A stretch of 64,000 nucleotides of DNA, from contig JBHGNT010000007.1 in NCBI GenBank assembly GCA_043228905.1, forward strand, positions 7,750,001 to 7,814,000, given 5' to 3'. How positions within the stretch are numbered: position 1 is the stretch's first letter; every line of letters starts with the position of its first letter. Shown in pieces: positions 32,581 through 44,700 of the stretch. The position numbers were made by a program, and so were the translations under genes. The stretch is from Azolla caroliniana (Eukaryota; Plantae; Polypodiophyta). The notes beneath the pieces are model-generated. The model was not told where the DNA came from. It did not search any database and saw only the letters and a program-made list of their open reading frames with translations.

Positions 32581-35500
32581 ATATTATTAAATACAACATT
32601 TAAGCTCATTTTTATATCGTGAAGCACATTCTTCACGACAACGATGAGTTCGGTTACCGAGAGTGGGACCCGGTCGACAAGAAGGTATTCCGGAGTCAAG
32701 ATATTATCTTCATGGAGGACAAGACGCTCGCCGACTAGGAGTCGGAGAAGAAGATAATGAACTCCGAGTCGACCGGTAAGGATAGACTCTACGATGAGCA
32801 GACCCAACCGGAAAGAGACCGGTTAGCACTCGAGGAACCAGCCGGTTACGGTGAGGATACCGAACCGGCAGAAGAAGAGGAAGAGGAAGCTGAGACCGGA
32901 ACCGGCCAAGACCCCAAATCGGATTCGGATGAAGAGCAAATGGAGGAGCCGGTTACCGAAGCCCGAAGACGTAGATGGCGCCCCGGAGATTTCCGGATGC
33001 AGAGCATGTTCTACTGACCGATGAGGGGGAGCCGGAAAGCTTCGAAGAAGCGAAGGAAGACACCCACAGCCGAAAATGGTTAAGTGCCATGCAGGATGAG
33101 ATGGATTCCCTGCATGAGAACCATACATACGAATTGGTGGAGCTGCCGAAAGGAAAGCGGGCACTCCGAAACAAGTGGGTGTACAAGTTGAAACCGGGAG
33201 ATGCCGGCAACCCCCCGAGATACAAAGCCAGGATCGTGGTGAAGGGGTTCCAGCAGAAGAAGGGCGTGGACTTCGACGAGATATTTGCCCCGGTAGTAAA
33301 GATGACCTCCATCCGGATGGTGCTGAGTATAGCAGCGAGCATGGACCTCGAGGTAGAGTAGCTGGACGTGAAGACGACATTCCTTCACGGTGACCTCGAA
33401 GAGGAGATCTACATGCAGCAACCGGAAGGATTTGTGGAGAAAGGGAAGGAGCACCTGGTATGCCGGTTGAAGAAGAGCCTGTACGGACTGAAGCAGGCTC
33501 CCCGGCAATGGTACCGGAAGTTCGACTCCTTCATGACTGATCAAGGGTACCACAAGACGCAGGCCGATCACTGCGTGTTTGTGAAGAAGTTCGAAGGAGG
33601 GGACTTCGTGATACTCCTCCTATACGTGGATGACATGTTGATCGTCGGACGAGACCAAGTAAAAATACGGATGTTGAAGAAGGCTCTCAACCGGACCTTC
33701 TCAATGAAAGACTTGGGTCCGGCAAGACAGATGTTGGGGATGCACATCATTCGGGACCGGTTAAAGAAGCAACTATGGTTGTCAGAGGAGAAGTATGTGA
33801 CAAAGGTGCTTCACCGGTTCAACATGTCAGAAGCAAAACCGGTCGGATCGACACTTCCGGCAAACTGCAAGCTGTCCGGCAAGCAAAGCCCGAAGACGAG
33901 AGGAGAGAAGGCAGATATGATGAAGATTCCATATGCCTCTGCCGTCGGGAGCTTGATGTACGCAATGGTTTGTACCCGACCAGACATTGGATACGCAGTC
34001 GGAGTGGTGAGCCGGTTTATGAGCAATCCCGGCAAGGAGCACTGGAACGCGGTCAAGTGGATACTTCGGTATTTGAAGGGCAGTTCAAATATGTGCCTCC
34101 GATTCGGCTCCGGAAAACCTCAACTGGACGGTTTCACCGATTCGGACATGTCGGCTGATGTGGATACCAACCGGTCTACATCCGGGTATGTGATGACATA
34201 TGCAGGGGGAGTTGTTTCGTGGCAATCGAGCCTGCAGAAGACGGTTGCATTGTCAACCACAGAGGCGGAGTACATGGCGGCTGTGGAAGCCAGCAAGGAA
34301 ATCTTATGGATGAAGGACTTCATCGGTGAGCTCGGTATACGACAAGAGGAATACCGACTCTATTGCGACAGTCAAAGTGCCATCCACCTTGCTAAGAATG
34401 CGGCCTACCATTCTCGGATGAAGCATATCCAGCGGAGGTATCACTGGATCCGAGAAAGAGTAGATGATCAGGAGTTCGCACTGACGAAGATCCACACGGC
34501 CGAGAACGGATCAGATATGCTGACCAAAGTGCTGACACCCGACAAGTTGGATGCATGCCGGAAGAGAATCGGACTGGTAAGACATCCCATCCAGGAGTGA
34601 AGGGGGAGTTTGTTGGGAGACAGGTCCCTCCGGATGGGAAGGAAGAAGAACAGTGCCGACGAACAAACTCGACCGAGGCCGATAGGCTGAGGCCGAAACG
34701 GTATGAGGAGTTCCCGGCTACGGAGAGCCGGATGATACAGACCCGGTGAGGACCGGATGAGGAGTACCCGGCTACGGAGAGCCGGATGGTGCAGGCCCGG
34801 TATGAACCGGGTGAGGAGTACCCGGCTATGGAGAGCCGGATGGTGCAGGCCCGGTATGAACCGGAGGAAGAGACATATTCGTAAATATGTTTCTGAGAGC
34901 CCATCGAGGCTATATTTGTAAATAGCCGAAAAGTCATATTAGTATAAATATGACTTAGGGCAAACTTTTAGTTGTGTGTTGTTACTTTTCTTGTTGGTGC
35001 AAGAAGAAGAGAGCACGTAATAGTGTACAGAGTGAGAGTGAGAGAGAAAGAGGTCATTGCCTCTGTTGTAACCGCCGCCTGTGGCGAAGAGCATGAGTCC
35101 GAGGTCGTTGCCTCCGAGAACTCACTGTTTTGTACATTCATACATAGTGACAGTTTGCAGCCTGTGGGCTGCCATGGTTTTTCCCCTAGTTTGGGGTTTT
35201 CCACGTAAACCTCCTGTGTAGTGTGTGTGTATCTTCCTCTCCTTTGTATCATGTTTTGTTTCCCGTTTTTCTGTGTGTCATTCTAACCTCGGTTGTGGCC
35301 GAGCGTTGCGCATAAGGAACGTTGGGTTCCCGTCAGTTTATGTGGCTGATTCTCTTGTGCCACAACTCGATGCTTGTCTCGGTTTTGAGACCTTTAGCGT
35401 ACATTCCCGATTTCACCTTGTTCGAATCGAGGATGAACATTCGACCATCTCTCCGTCCCTTGGCTATGAGTTGGCCATCTTTCTCGATGAAACAACCTTC

Positions 35501-36694
35501 GTTGTTGAAGCGGACTTGTATGCCTTGCTCCACGATTCGACTGAGACCAAATTCTTCGTTATTGTGGGCATGTGCAAGACATTCTTGATGCAGCTTTGTT
35601 CGCCTTCTTTCCTGAATGGGATGTGTGGTGTTGTCTCCCGTCTCTATGAAGCCAAGTCGATCCGGCGTTTGTAAATCACGAAACCACTCTTCATGAGATG
35701 TCATGTGATGTGAGGCGCCAGAATCAACGAACCACACGTCTTCCGAGTTGGAGGTGCTTGTGGAGTTGGAAGCGGACATAGAGTTCACTCTATGCCTCAT
35801 TACGAATAGTCCGCCGTAATCGTCGTATTCGGAGTTGGTGACATAATTCGTGAGTTGTCGACTTGTCGACTTGTCAAAGCCAACTCGCTTCTTCTTTTTC
35901 GGCATTCCTCCTCGCGGTGGCTGATTTTTCCGCAATAGTTGCAAGTTGCGGGCCTCATTTGCCGGCCTTGTTCGGCATGGAAGCTCCCCCTTCTTCCGAA
36001 GGTTCCTCGATGGCTTCCGTGAAGGTTTGAGTTCCCTTCATGTAATGGGCTGAATTGATCTCTTCTACTGCCTCAACCTCGTCCTCGGCCTCCATCCGAA
36101 CTCGAGAAGAACATTTTTCCTTTTGATGTCTTGGTTTTGGTTTGGACGTGGTTCTCTTCAACCATTAGCATTGATTGAAGGTCGAAGAACGAAGGAGGAT
36201 TTTCTCTCGCCAAGATTGCCGTCCGTAATTGATCAAATCATTGTGCGAGGCTGCCCAAGCATACTTGAACCATCTCGTCTTCATCGACGTTTATTTTGAT
36301 GGAGCCAAGTGAGTCGCAAATGCTCTTGATCTTGGCGGCGTAGTCCGACACAGACATGTCTTTTTGCCAAATGTTGTTCAACTCTTGTCGGAGTTGATGC
36401 TTTTGGGCGGTCGTGTTGGCGGCGACCATTTTCTTTAAGTTCGCCCACGCTTCTTTAGGCGTCTCGAATGTGGCTAAGCATGTGGTCGTGGACACATGTT
36501 GCCAAGCAATACATGACTCGACTCGTCGCTTGGTCCCATGTTGCATAGTCGGCGTTATTTGATTTGGGTCGATTTTCTTGAGCGCCGTTGATGTAGCTCC
36601 AATACCCTTGGCCGACGAGGTATTGGGTCATCTTGTACTCCCAAGATGAATAATTGCTCCAGTCTAGCTTTTCATTAGGGAGCGAGCTACCCAT

Positions 36695-37763
36695 TTATTT
36701 GTTCATGTTGATTAGTCTCATCTGATATCCCTAAGAAAACTTTATTGCCCAACATCTGTAGTAGTTATTGATGGACGTCCCATTGCTTTCTAAAATATCG
36801 TAGAAGAGTCAGAGCCGAGTTAGAACTTGTCCTAGATAATTTGGTGTGTGTAGTATCATTTAATATAATTAGTAGTCCAGATCATCGAATTGTCTTGGGG
36901 TTACCATGGTTCGAATTACATAACCCAGACATAGATTGGAGAACAAGAGAAATCTAGTATCGACAAACCCAAGGACCTACTCATAGGATTGCAACCATTT
37001 TGCTACATCAATTGCGTGAGGAAGGACGCAAGGAAGCAATGTTTGTCTTCGTAGTATCAGTAAAACCTTCCAACACCACTAAAGAGGAATCCACACCTCA
37101 ACTTCCAGAGAAGTATCGTCATTATGCCGACATGTTCAATAAGGTACAAGTCAGTACAGTTCCTCACCACTGACCGTATGATTGTCCCATTGATTTACAA
37201 CCGGGAAAAGAGACATGTTGGGGACTAATCTACAACTGGTCACCAACCGAGCTTGAAATCCTTCGAGCCTACATAGAGGATAATTTGGCAAATGGTTTCA
37301 TTCGACATTCGAAATCTCCAGCCGGCACACCCATTTTCTTTGTCAAGAAAAAGCATAGATCACTTCGTCTCGTCGTAGATTACCGTGGGTTGAATAAGGT
37401 GACCATCAGGAATAGGTATGCACTTCCCCTTATCTCGAGTCTTTTAGAACAGATCACTGGTGCAAAGATCTTCATAAAGATCGACTTACGAGGAGCATAT
37501 AATCTCGTACGGATCCGACCAAGAGATGAATGGACGACCGTGTTTCGCACCATATATGGGCACTTCGTGTATGTGGTTATGTCATTTGGTCTCACTAATG
37601 TGCCAACAGTCTTCTAGCACATGGTAAATGATATATTCCGAGATCTCTTGGATATTTGTTTGATCATCTATTTGGATGATCTACTGGTTTATTCGAAGAC
37701 TCAAGAAGAACATGATTCTCATGTACTATTAGTACTAAAATGACTTTGAGAACATGGTCTTTG
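36695..37763 (+). pseudogene. Continuation of the Tcn1-like Gypsy: protease remainder and RT N-half, truncated
   Basis: IVLGLPWFELHNPDIDW, GFIRHSKSPAGTPIFFVKKK, IDLRGAYNLVRI, MSFGLTNVP, IYLDD. Confidence 0.85.
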
Positions 37764-37764
37764 A

Positions 37765-38100
37765 CGAACCCGCTTATTCAGTTCCTCTTCTTTTTTCTTC
37801 CCTTGAGACCTCATAGGAGTTCACTCCTAGTATCTTTGCAAATGTTGTTAGTGAATCTACTAGGTCGTTCCCTCCAGTACTACTCCTTATCTCATGCTGA
37901 CCTTGCATACATCATGGCATTGAACTTTCTTTTCATTAGCCGACTTGATCACTTTTCGCTAGAATCTTGATCCAATTTGGAGATCACCACCCTTCAATCC
38001 AAAGGTAGTCAAAAAGTACATTGCTTGTATTTTCTTCGATTCTGCGTCCTCCATCAACTTCTTCAATCCACCTTTGCCAAAGTTAGACTCATTTGCATGA
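37765..38100 (-). mobile_element. Old gag fragment of the Gypsy E lineage
   Basis: NFGKGGLKKLMEDAE..TFGLK resembles NFGRGGMKKLMEDAE..TLGLR of Gypsy E. Confidence 0.6.
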
Positions 38101-38787
38101 CGATGGTTGCTTCCATTTCTAGGACTTGACTGAATCCCACGTACCATTTTGATGCAAAAGGCAACCATTTCATATTGTATTTAACGAGCTTCCACTGCTC
38201 CATATGCTCTTACAACATGGCCTTATTATCATGCACGAGGGCTCATCGCAGTCTAGCAATGATGCGTTGTCTGATCCGAGTAGATCTCACGAAAGGGGAG
38301 CATCATGCGCACGAGGAAACACAAATGTTAAGAAGCCTTAGATTCGGTACGCAACGATATGTCATGTATTGTCGACATGCAAAGAAAGGGTGGTGGGACA
38401 TCTCGAACTTCCTGGATCCCCTCTACCACCAAGGAGACATGGGAATGACTACACACACCGTCTTTGTTCACCGGTTCGATGAGAAGCGGTCAAGCCAGTC
38501 AAATCAAAGGTTAGGAATGGTGAATCAAGTGGTCAAACCGGTCATCGCGTGTCAGTCAATGGCTAGGTATAGGAATGGTCAAGCATGTGGTCAAGCCGGT
38601 CATCGGATGCCGGGCAATGGTGGATGGCTAGGATAGCCTAGGAATGGTCGGTCATTTGGTGTTGGTCAATGGCTAGGAAGGGTCAAGCAAGTGGTCTCAT
38701 TTCCTTCCTCCATTCTCCATCTCCATCATTTCCATCTCCATCTCCTTCTCCTTCTCCTTCTTCTCCTTCGCCTTTCTCCCCGCAGTG

Positions 38788-41700
38788 ATGCCCAGAGAAG
38801 GTTCCTCTCTCAGCCACACAACAGAATTGACCACCCCCAAAACTGAGGAGCACAGCTGCTGCACCCTTCACCATCGCAGAGGAAAGCACTTCTCCCAAGA
38901 AAAGCCGGAGGAGATCGATGACCCTAAAGGAAAACTAAAGCTTATCGATTCAGAAGATAAACTGAAGGTTAATGGCTCTCTCGTAAATTTGAAGATTAAT
39001 GATCGTGAAGTAGAAGCGGAGTTTGAGCCAGAAGAAACATTGAAGATTGTTTCGGACAGGAAAGTGAAGAACAATTGTGAAGGAAGCAGCTCAGTTTGTG
39101 CTACATCTGGACAAAGTTCAACCTATCTTAGTGGTGCTGAAAGAGTGGGTCAGGATGTGATCAGACAAAGGCTCGATTCTCTTTGGATCGCAGATTCAGC
39201 AGCGGATGATGAGCTTTCGGAACTCCAACAAGAAGCTAATAAGCAGGAACAGCAAGATGAGGTAAGCCATGGATATAGATAGATAGATAGATGCAATCTA
39301 ATAGTTATATCTATCTATCTGTCTATCTATCTACCTACCTATCTATCTATACATATATGGATGGATGATTTGTTACATGCTAGTTAGACACCTGTTCTCA
39401 GTGTGTAGATTGCATCTGTATAATAGATAGATGCAATCTAATAGTTATATCTATCTTTCTGTCTATCTATCTATCTACCTACCTATCTATACAGATATGG
39501 ATGGATGATTTGTTACATGCTAGTTAGACACCTGTTCTCAGTGTGTTGATTAAGTATGTAAACTTCAAGGTATGCGAACCACTTCCATTGCCTCCTCTTC
39601 ATAGGATGCTACTGATTGTCAGATTTGGCAATGCTTATGACCATGATTTTGGTCTTCGCCACATTGTTCTAAACCAATATGCTCATAGAATATGTACTAT
39701 ATTCAAATGCTTTTGCAGTCTGCAAAAATTGGGACCAAGTTTTAATTTTTCTTATGTTATCCTAGAGCTTCTTGGATGAAATCTTCAAGTTTATCAATAC
39801 ATAGATTGAATTGGAGGGCATACTTGTCTCACTTCCATGGTGCTCATTCTTCAATCTGCATCTTAGTTGTTGATAAAACCGTGTATTTTTGCTTTCATGA
39901 GTGTTGACACTCCAAATATCTCCATTCTTTCCCATAACCAGGTAGCTATGATTTCATGTGTGTTGGGCTCAAATCTACAAAAGAAGACTGCAAGGGGTTG
40001 TTTTTTAGGTGACTTCCTTCATTATGACCTACCAACAAAGAAGATGAGCACTAGTTTCTGTGTTTGGGTCAAAAGCTTGCTTTTCCCACAACTCTCTTGC
40101 TGTTGTCAGCAATTCATTGAGTTGATGTTCCACAAGACTGCGTAGAAGTTTTGCCATACAAGGTGCCAACGTAATTGTTTACTGATTTATATCCCCTTCT
40201 TTGTATTGTGGGATGATTACATTATCTTGTGAACCTTGAGAAAAACCTTGTCCATTCTTTAACCATAGGTCCAATACATTTTAGCATTTCTAAAAATAAG
40301 TTGCACTTCTCATTACCTCCTTTGTCTCAAAACTGTTATTTTGCATAAAGGGAAATGCGTCGGTCATGGATGCCTTGTCATTCATTTATGATTGTTCCGT
40401 ATATGTCAAGATTTCAATTGGGGAGAAATGTCTGTTTACTTCCATGCCCCCTTTGGATCCTTTTAAGTCCTTAAATATCTCGTGTCACTTTTTCAAGTTC
40501 AGATTGTCTACATTTTGCTGTTCAAGAATGTTGTATTCCCTTTGTCCATGCATTACTTAATTCCAGAGTAGTCTTAAGCTTTCCTTTGGCTGCCTTACAT
40601 TTATCATCAAACCATACATTGTAAGGTGGCCTTTTTACATGTCTTCTTTTTATGCTAACAATAGAAAAATGAGAAGCCACATTTGTTCAATAATATACGT
40701 TGGTATGTCACAACAGGAGGGAGAAAATACAGAGATCACTCATATTTACATGAGGAGAAACTTCCTCTATATAAAGGCCAAAATCTGGCCGTTGGGGTAA
40801 CTAGCTGTTGGAGCTAACTAGCCGTTATAACTTTTAATCATTCTCAACACTCCCCCTCAAGATGGGCGAAAAAATATCCATTAAGCCCACCTTGTCACAC
40901 AATCTAGTAAGAATTGCTGGCCCAAGCCCCTTTGTAAGACAATTTGCTACTTGATTTCAGTAGAAACATGACTCAATTTTAATATTCCATTATCAAGCTT
41001 CTCCTTGATAAAGAATCTGTTGATTTCGATGTGCTTGGTCCTATCATGCTGTACCGGATTGTTGGCAATGCTGATTGCTGACCTATTGTCACACCGCAAC
41101 ATCATCTGACTTTCTTGATTCACCTTTAGTTTTACTAGGAGAGTTCTCAGCCATAACATCTTCGCAACTCCTACAACAATAGCTCTATACTCTGCTTCGG
41201 CTGTTGACCTTGCTACTATTGACTGTTTCTTACTCTTCCAATAGACCAGATTGTCCCCAACAAACATGCAGTATCCTGATGTGGATTTCCTATCATCAGC
41301 ACAACTGGCCCAATCAGAATCACAATAGCCCGCAATGTTAAAATGACCATGTTTTCTAAAGATCAATCCCTTCCCCGGGGCACCTTTGAGATATCTTAGA
41401 ATATTGTACACTGCATCCATATGATCTTTCCTTGGATCATGCATGTAGCGACTTACTACACTTACTGCAAATGAAATATCTGGCGGGTGTGAGTCAAATA
41501 AATCAGCCGACCTACCAATCTTTGATTGTTTTCACGATCAACTTTCTCTCCTGCAAGTTCAGTTAGCTTGATCTTTTGGTCGATTGGAGAAGCTATGGGC
41601 CTACAACCCAACATTCTAGTTTTTGTGAGAAGATCTAATACATATTTTCACTGAGATAGAACAACTCCTTTTGCTCCACGAGCTACCTCAATTCCAAGAA

Positions 41701-44700
41701 AGTATCGTAGCAATCCTAAATCCTTCACCTCAAACCCTTTACCCAATTGCACCTTCAGTTGGGCAATTTCTCCTTCATCGTTACCTGTGATAATTATATC
41801 ATCCACATACACAACAAGTAATGTAGTATGCTCCTTCTGTTGTCGAAAAAACATTGTATGGTCTGCATTCGTTTGTTGGTATCCCATACCCACCATAGCC
41901 CTTCTGAACCTGTCGAACTAGGCTCGAGGAGATTGCTTTAGTCCATAAAGCGACTTCCTTAGTTTGCAAACCTTACCTACTATTTGAATTGTACCAAAAC
42001 CTGGGGGGATATCCATGTACACTTCCTCCATTAACTCTCCATGAAGGAATGCATTTTTTACATCTAATTGATGTAATTTCCAATCCTTATTCATTGCTAA
42101 AGAAATAAGCGTTCTAGCAATGCTCATCTTTGCTACAAGTGCAAAATTCTCATCGTAATCAACACCATATGTCTGACTATATCCCTTAGCCACCAATCGT
42201 GCCTTGTATCGATCTATTTTTCCCTCTGGGGTTTGTTTTATTGTAAACACCCATTTGCACCCAATTGCCTTCTTTCCTGGTGGTAGTGACACAATCTCCC
42301 AAGTTTTGTTCTTCTCAAGAGCTCCGAGTTCTTCTTGCATGGCTGCTTTCCACTTTAGATCTTCTTTAGCAACCTGCCAACACTTGGGTAAAGTGATAGA
42401 GTCTAATGATGCAATGAATGCTCTATGTGTAGCTGATCTGTTAGAATAAGAGATAAACTGAGCAATATCATGAGGAAAACCATAACGATCAGGAGGGACT
42501 CCTGCATTACTGCAGGAGGTCCTCCTAACCTCTATAAGAGAAGGAGAGGAAATCATATCACCCGTGATTTCTGGGTTTGAGAGTTCTATAGGTATTTCAG
42601 AAGTCGAGGCAGGTCGGGACATGGAACTTGATGGCACAAGTGGCATTGAAGGTGTGTTCATATTTCCTTCTTTCTGCCTCCTCTTCTGTGTATACACATT
42701 TAGCTCCCCCTCAGCTTGAGTCCCAACACATATAGGTTCCTTGTCTTCTTTTCCTTCTTCTTCTTTATCTCCTACACTTACTTGTTTCTTAGCTGATGTA
42801 GGGATCAACAAAGGAATTGATCCTTATTTTAGCAACCTCTCACCATTATCTCTGTCCCTTATATTTTCAGTCTCAATTAAGTCATCAAAGGGTGAAGTTA
42901 CCTCTTGTTTATAATATGGTTCCGACTCTCGGAAATGCACATCCATGCTCACAAATAATCTCTTCTCTACTGGACTCCAATAAACATAGCCTTTTGTGTG
43001 GCAGAGTATCCCACAAATACACATTTCACAGCTCTAGGATCAAGTTTTCCTACAGATGGTCTACTGTCCTTTACAAAACACACATCCAAACACCTTCAAA
43101 GGAAGGATTCCAGAGTTATTCCTTTACAACAACTCACATAGAGACTTCTACTCCAATACTCTAGAGGGCATTCTATTGATCAATGCGGCAACCGTCTAAA
43201 CTGCTTGTCCCCATAGCTGCTTTGGGACATTCATAGAAATCATCATGCTTCTTGTTACCTCTAGAAGATGTCTATTCTTCCTCTCTACTACTCCATTTTG
43301 TGTTGATGTATATGGGCATGTAGTTTGATGTTGTACTCCTTGATCTGAGATGTATGCCCTAAATGTAATGTTAGTATACTCTGTTCCATTATCAGACCTC
43401 AACACTTGTAATATTGCACTATATTGAGTTTTGTAAGGGTTAGGAATGATGTCAATCGGGCTAAGGGATACTCAGGATTCACCCTAGTATAGGCCCTTTA
43501 GATGCAATACTGGAGCTATGGTAGAAAAGATAGAGAGAGAGCAGTAGTTGGAGAAGCTCACCTTTGAAGTGAGATCCAAAAGTTTTTAACTTATGTTTTA
43601 TAAGACCCATTTTGGGTTGGCCAAGTTCACAATGAACTTGGCCCAAAAATAGTGAAAAAGTGGTTAGTGACTTTTGGCCTTTATAAATAGGCCTATACAC
43701 ATGTACACACTATAAGGGGGTCATTTAGGGCCTTTGCCCTAACAATTTCCCACTTAAAGGCATAAATGACGCCTTTAAGCTACGTGACTCCCACCATTTG
43801 TATACATTTCTGATGTTGTGCTTTGGGTAAGCACTTGATCAGTACATCCGCAGGGTTTTGTGATGTGTGGACCTTTATCAATGTGATAAGGCCATCCTCA
43901 AGCACTGCTCGAATGAAGTGATATCGCACATCAATATGTTTTGTGCGTGCATGAAACATAGCATTCTTTGCCAAACAGATGGCACGTTGGCTATCACAAC
44001 CAAGAATGGGTGCCTTTTAGGCAAACCAAACTCACTACATAGATGTGCTAACCATATTGCTTCCTTGGAAGCCTTAGTGGCTGAGATATATTCTGCTTTG
44101 GTAATGGACAAAGCAACAACCTTTTGCAGCTTACTACACCATGATACAACACCACCTGCAAGTGTGAATACATAGCCACTTGTGGATTTTCGTGTATCCA
44201 CATCACCTGCCATGTTAGAGTCACAGAAACCCTTCAGCTCTAATGGGTCTTTTCCATAACAGGCATTTATTTTTAGTCCCTTTTAAGTACCTCATAATGG
44301 ACTTTACTGCATTCCATTGTGCCTTGCCCGGATTAGCCATGAATCGGCTTACAACTCCCACCGCATAGGCAATATCAGGTCTAGTAGCAACCATAGCATA
44401 CATAAGTGAACCACAAGCTGAAGCATAAGGTACACCTTGCATGTCATTGATTGCTTCTTGTGTCTTAGGACAATCTTCCTTCGAGAATTTATCATATGGC
44501 TGTAATGGCACTCCAAGAGGCTTTGCGTCAGCCATACAAAATCTGTCCAGCACCTTGTCAATGTATTTTTCTTGAGATAAATACAATGTGTGCTGCTCCC
44601 TTTGTCTCCTAATTCTTACTCCAAGTACATGTTCAGCTCCCCCAAGGTCTTTCATTGAAAATGCAGATTTCAGCTGCTTTTTAAGTACATCAACAGTGCT

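Larger units (their letters stand above)
25306..32640 (-). mobile_element. Gypsy E, young and near-intact; 867-bp LTRs, 4-bp TSD ACGA, tRNA-Trp PBS
   Basis: LTRs 25306-26172 and 31774-32640 (TGTCG...CGACA, about 99% identical by eye); PPT GAGGGGGTGGG; ACGA on both flanks restores the host codons. Confidence 0.96.
23219..34600 (+). pseudogene. Copia D gag-pol (23219-25305 + 32641-34600), interrupted by Gypsy E and several nonsense mutations
   Basis: Gag, CCHC, WVVDSGASFH, INT, RT (LYVDDML), RH; GYGDD|EFGYR is continuous across the insertion. Confidence 0.93.
22462..35335 (+). mobile_element. Copia D (Tnt1-like), full length, TSD GTTTA
   Basis: LTRs 22462-23188 and 34611-35335, PBS TGGTATCAGAGC 23191-23202, PPT before 34611, GTTTA at 22457-22461 and 35336-35340. 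Confidence 0.96.
10441..36694 (-). mobile_element. Copia B, internally deleted, 5' LTR lost; hosts Copia C, an LTR-like insert and Copia D
   Basis: 3' LTR 10441-10806 + 20018-20100 (TG...CA) with PPT at 20101-20112; integrase 21376-22461; gag/PR 35336-36694 (WFVDSGASHHMT, LWHKRISHIN continuing across the Copia D insertion); RT-RH absent. Confidence 0.8.

Noticed and set aside
34392-35674. Duplicated small ORFs (also at 22459-23061)
   Set aside because: Incidental ORFs in the two Copia D LTRs, kept open by the GC-rich 54-bp repeats
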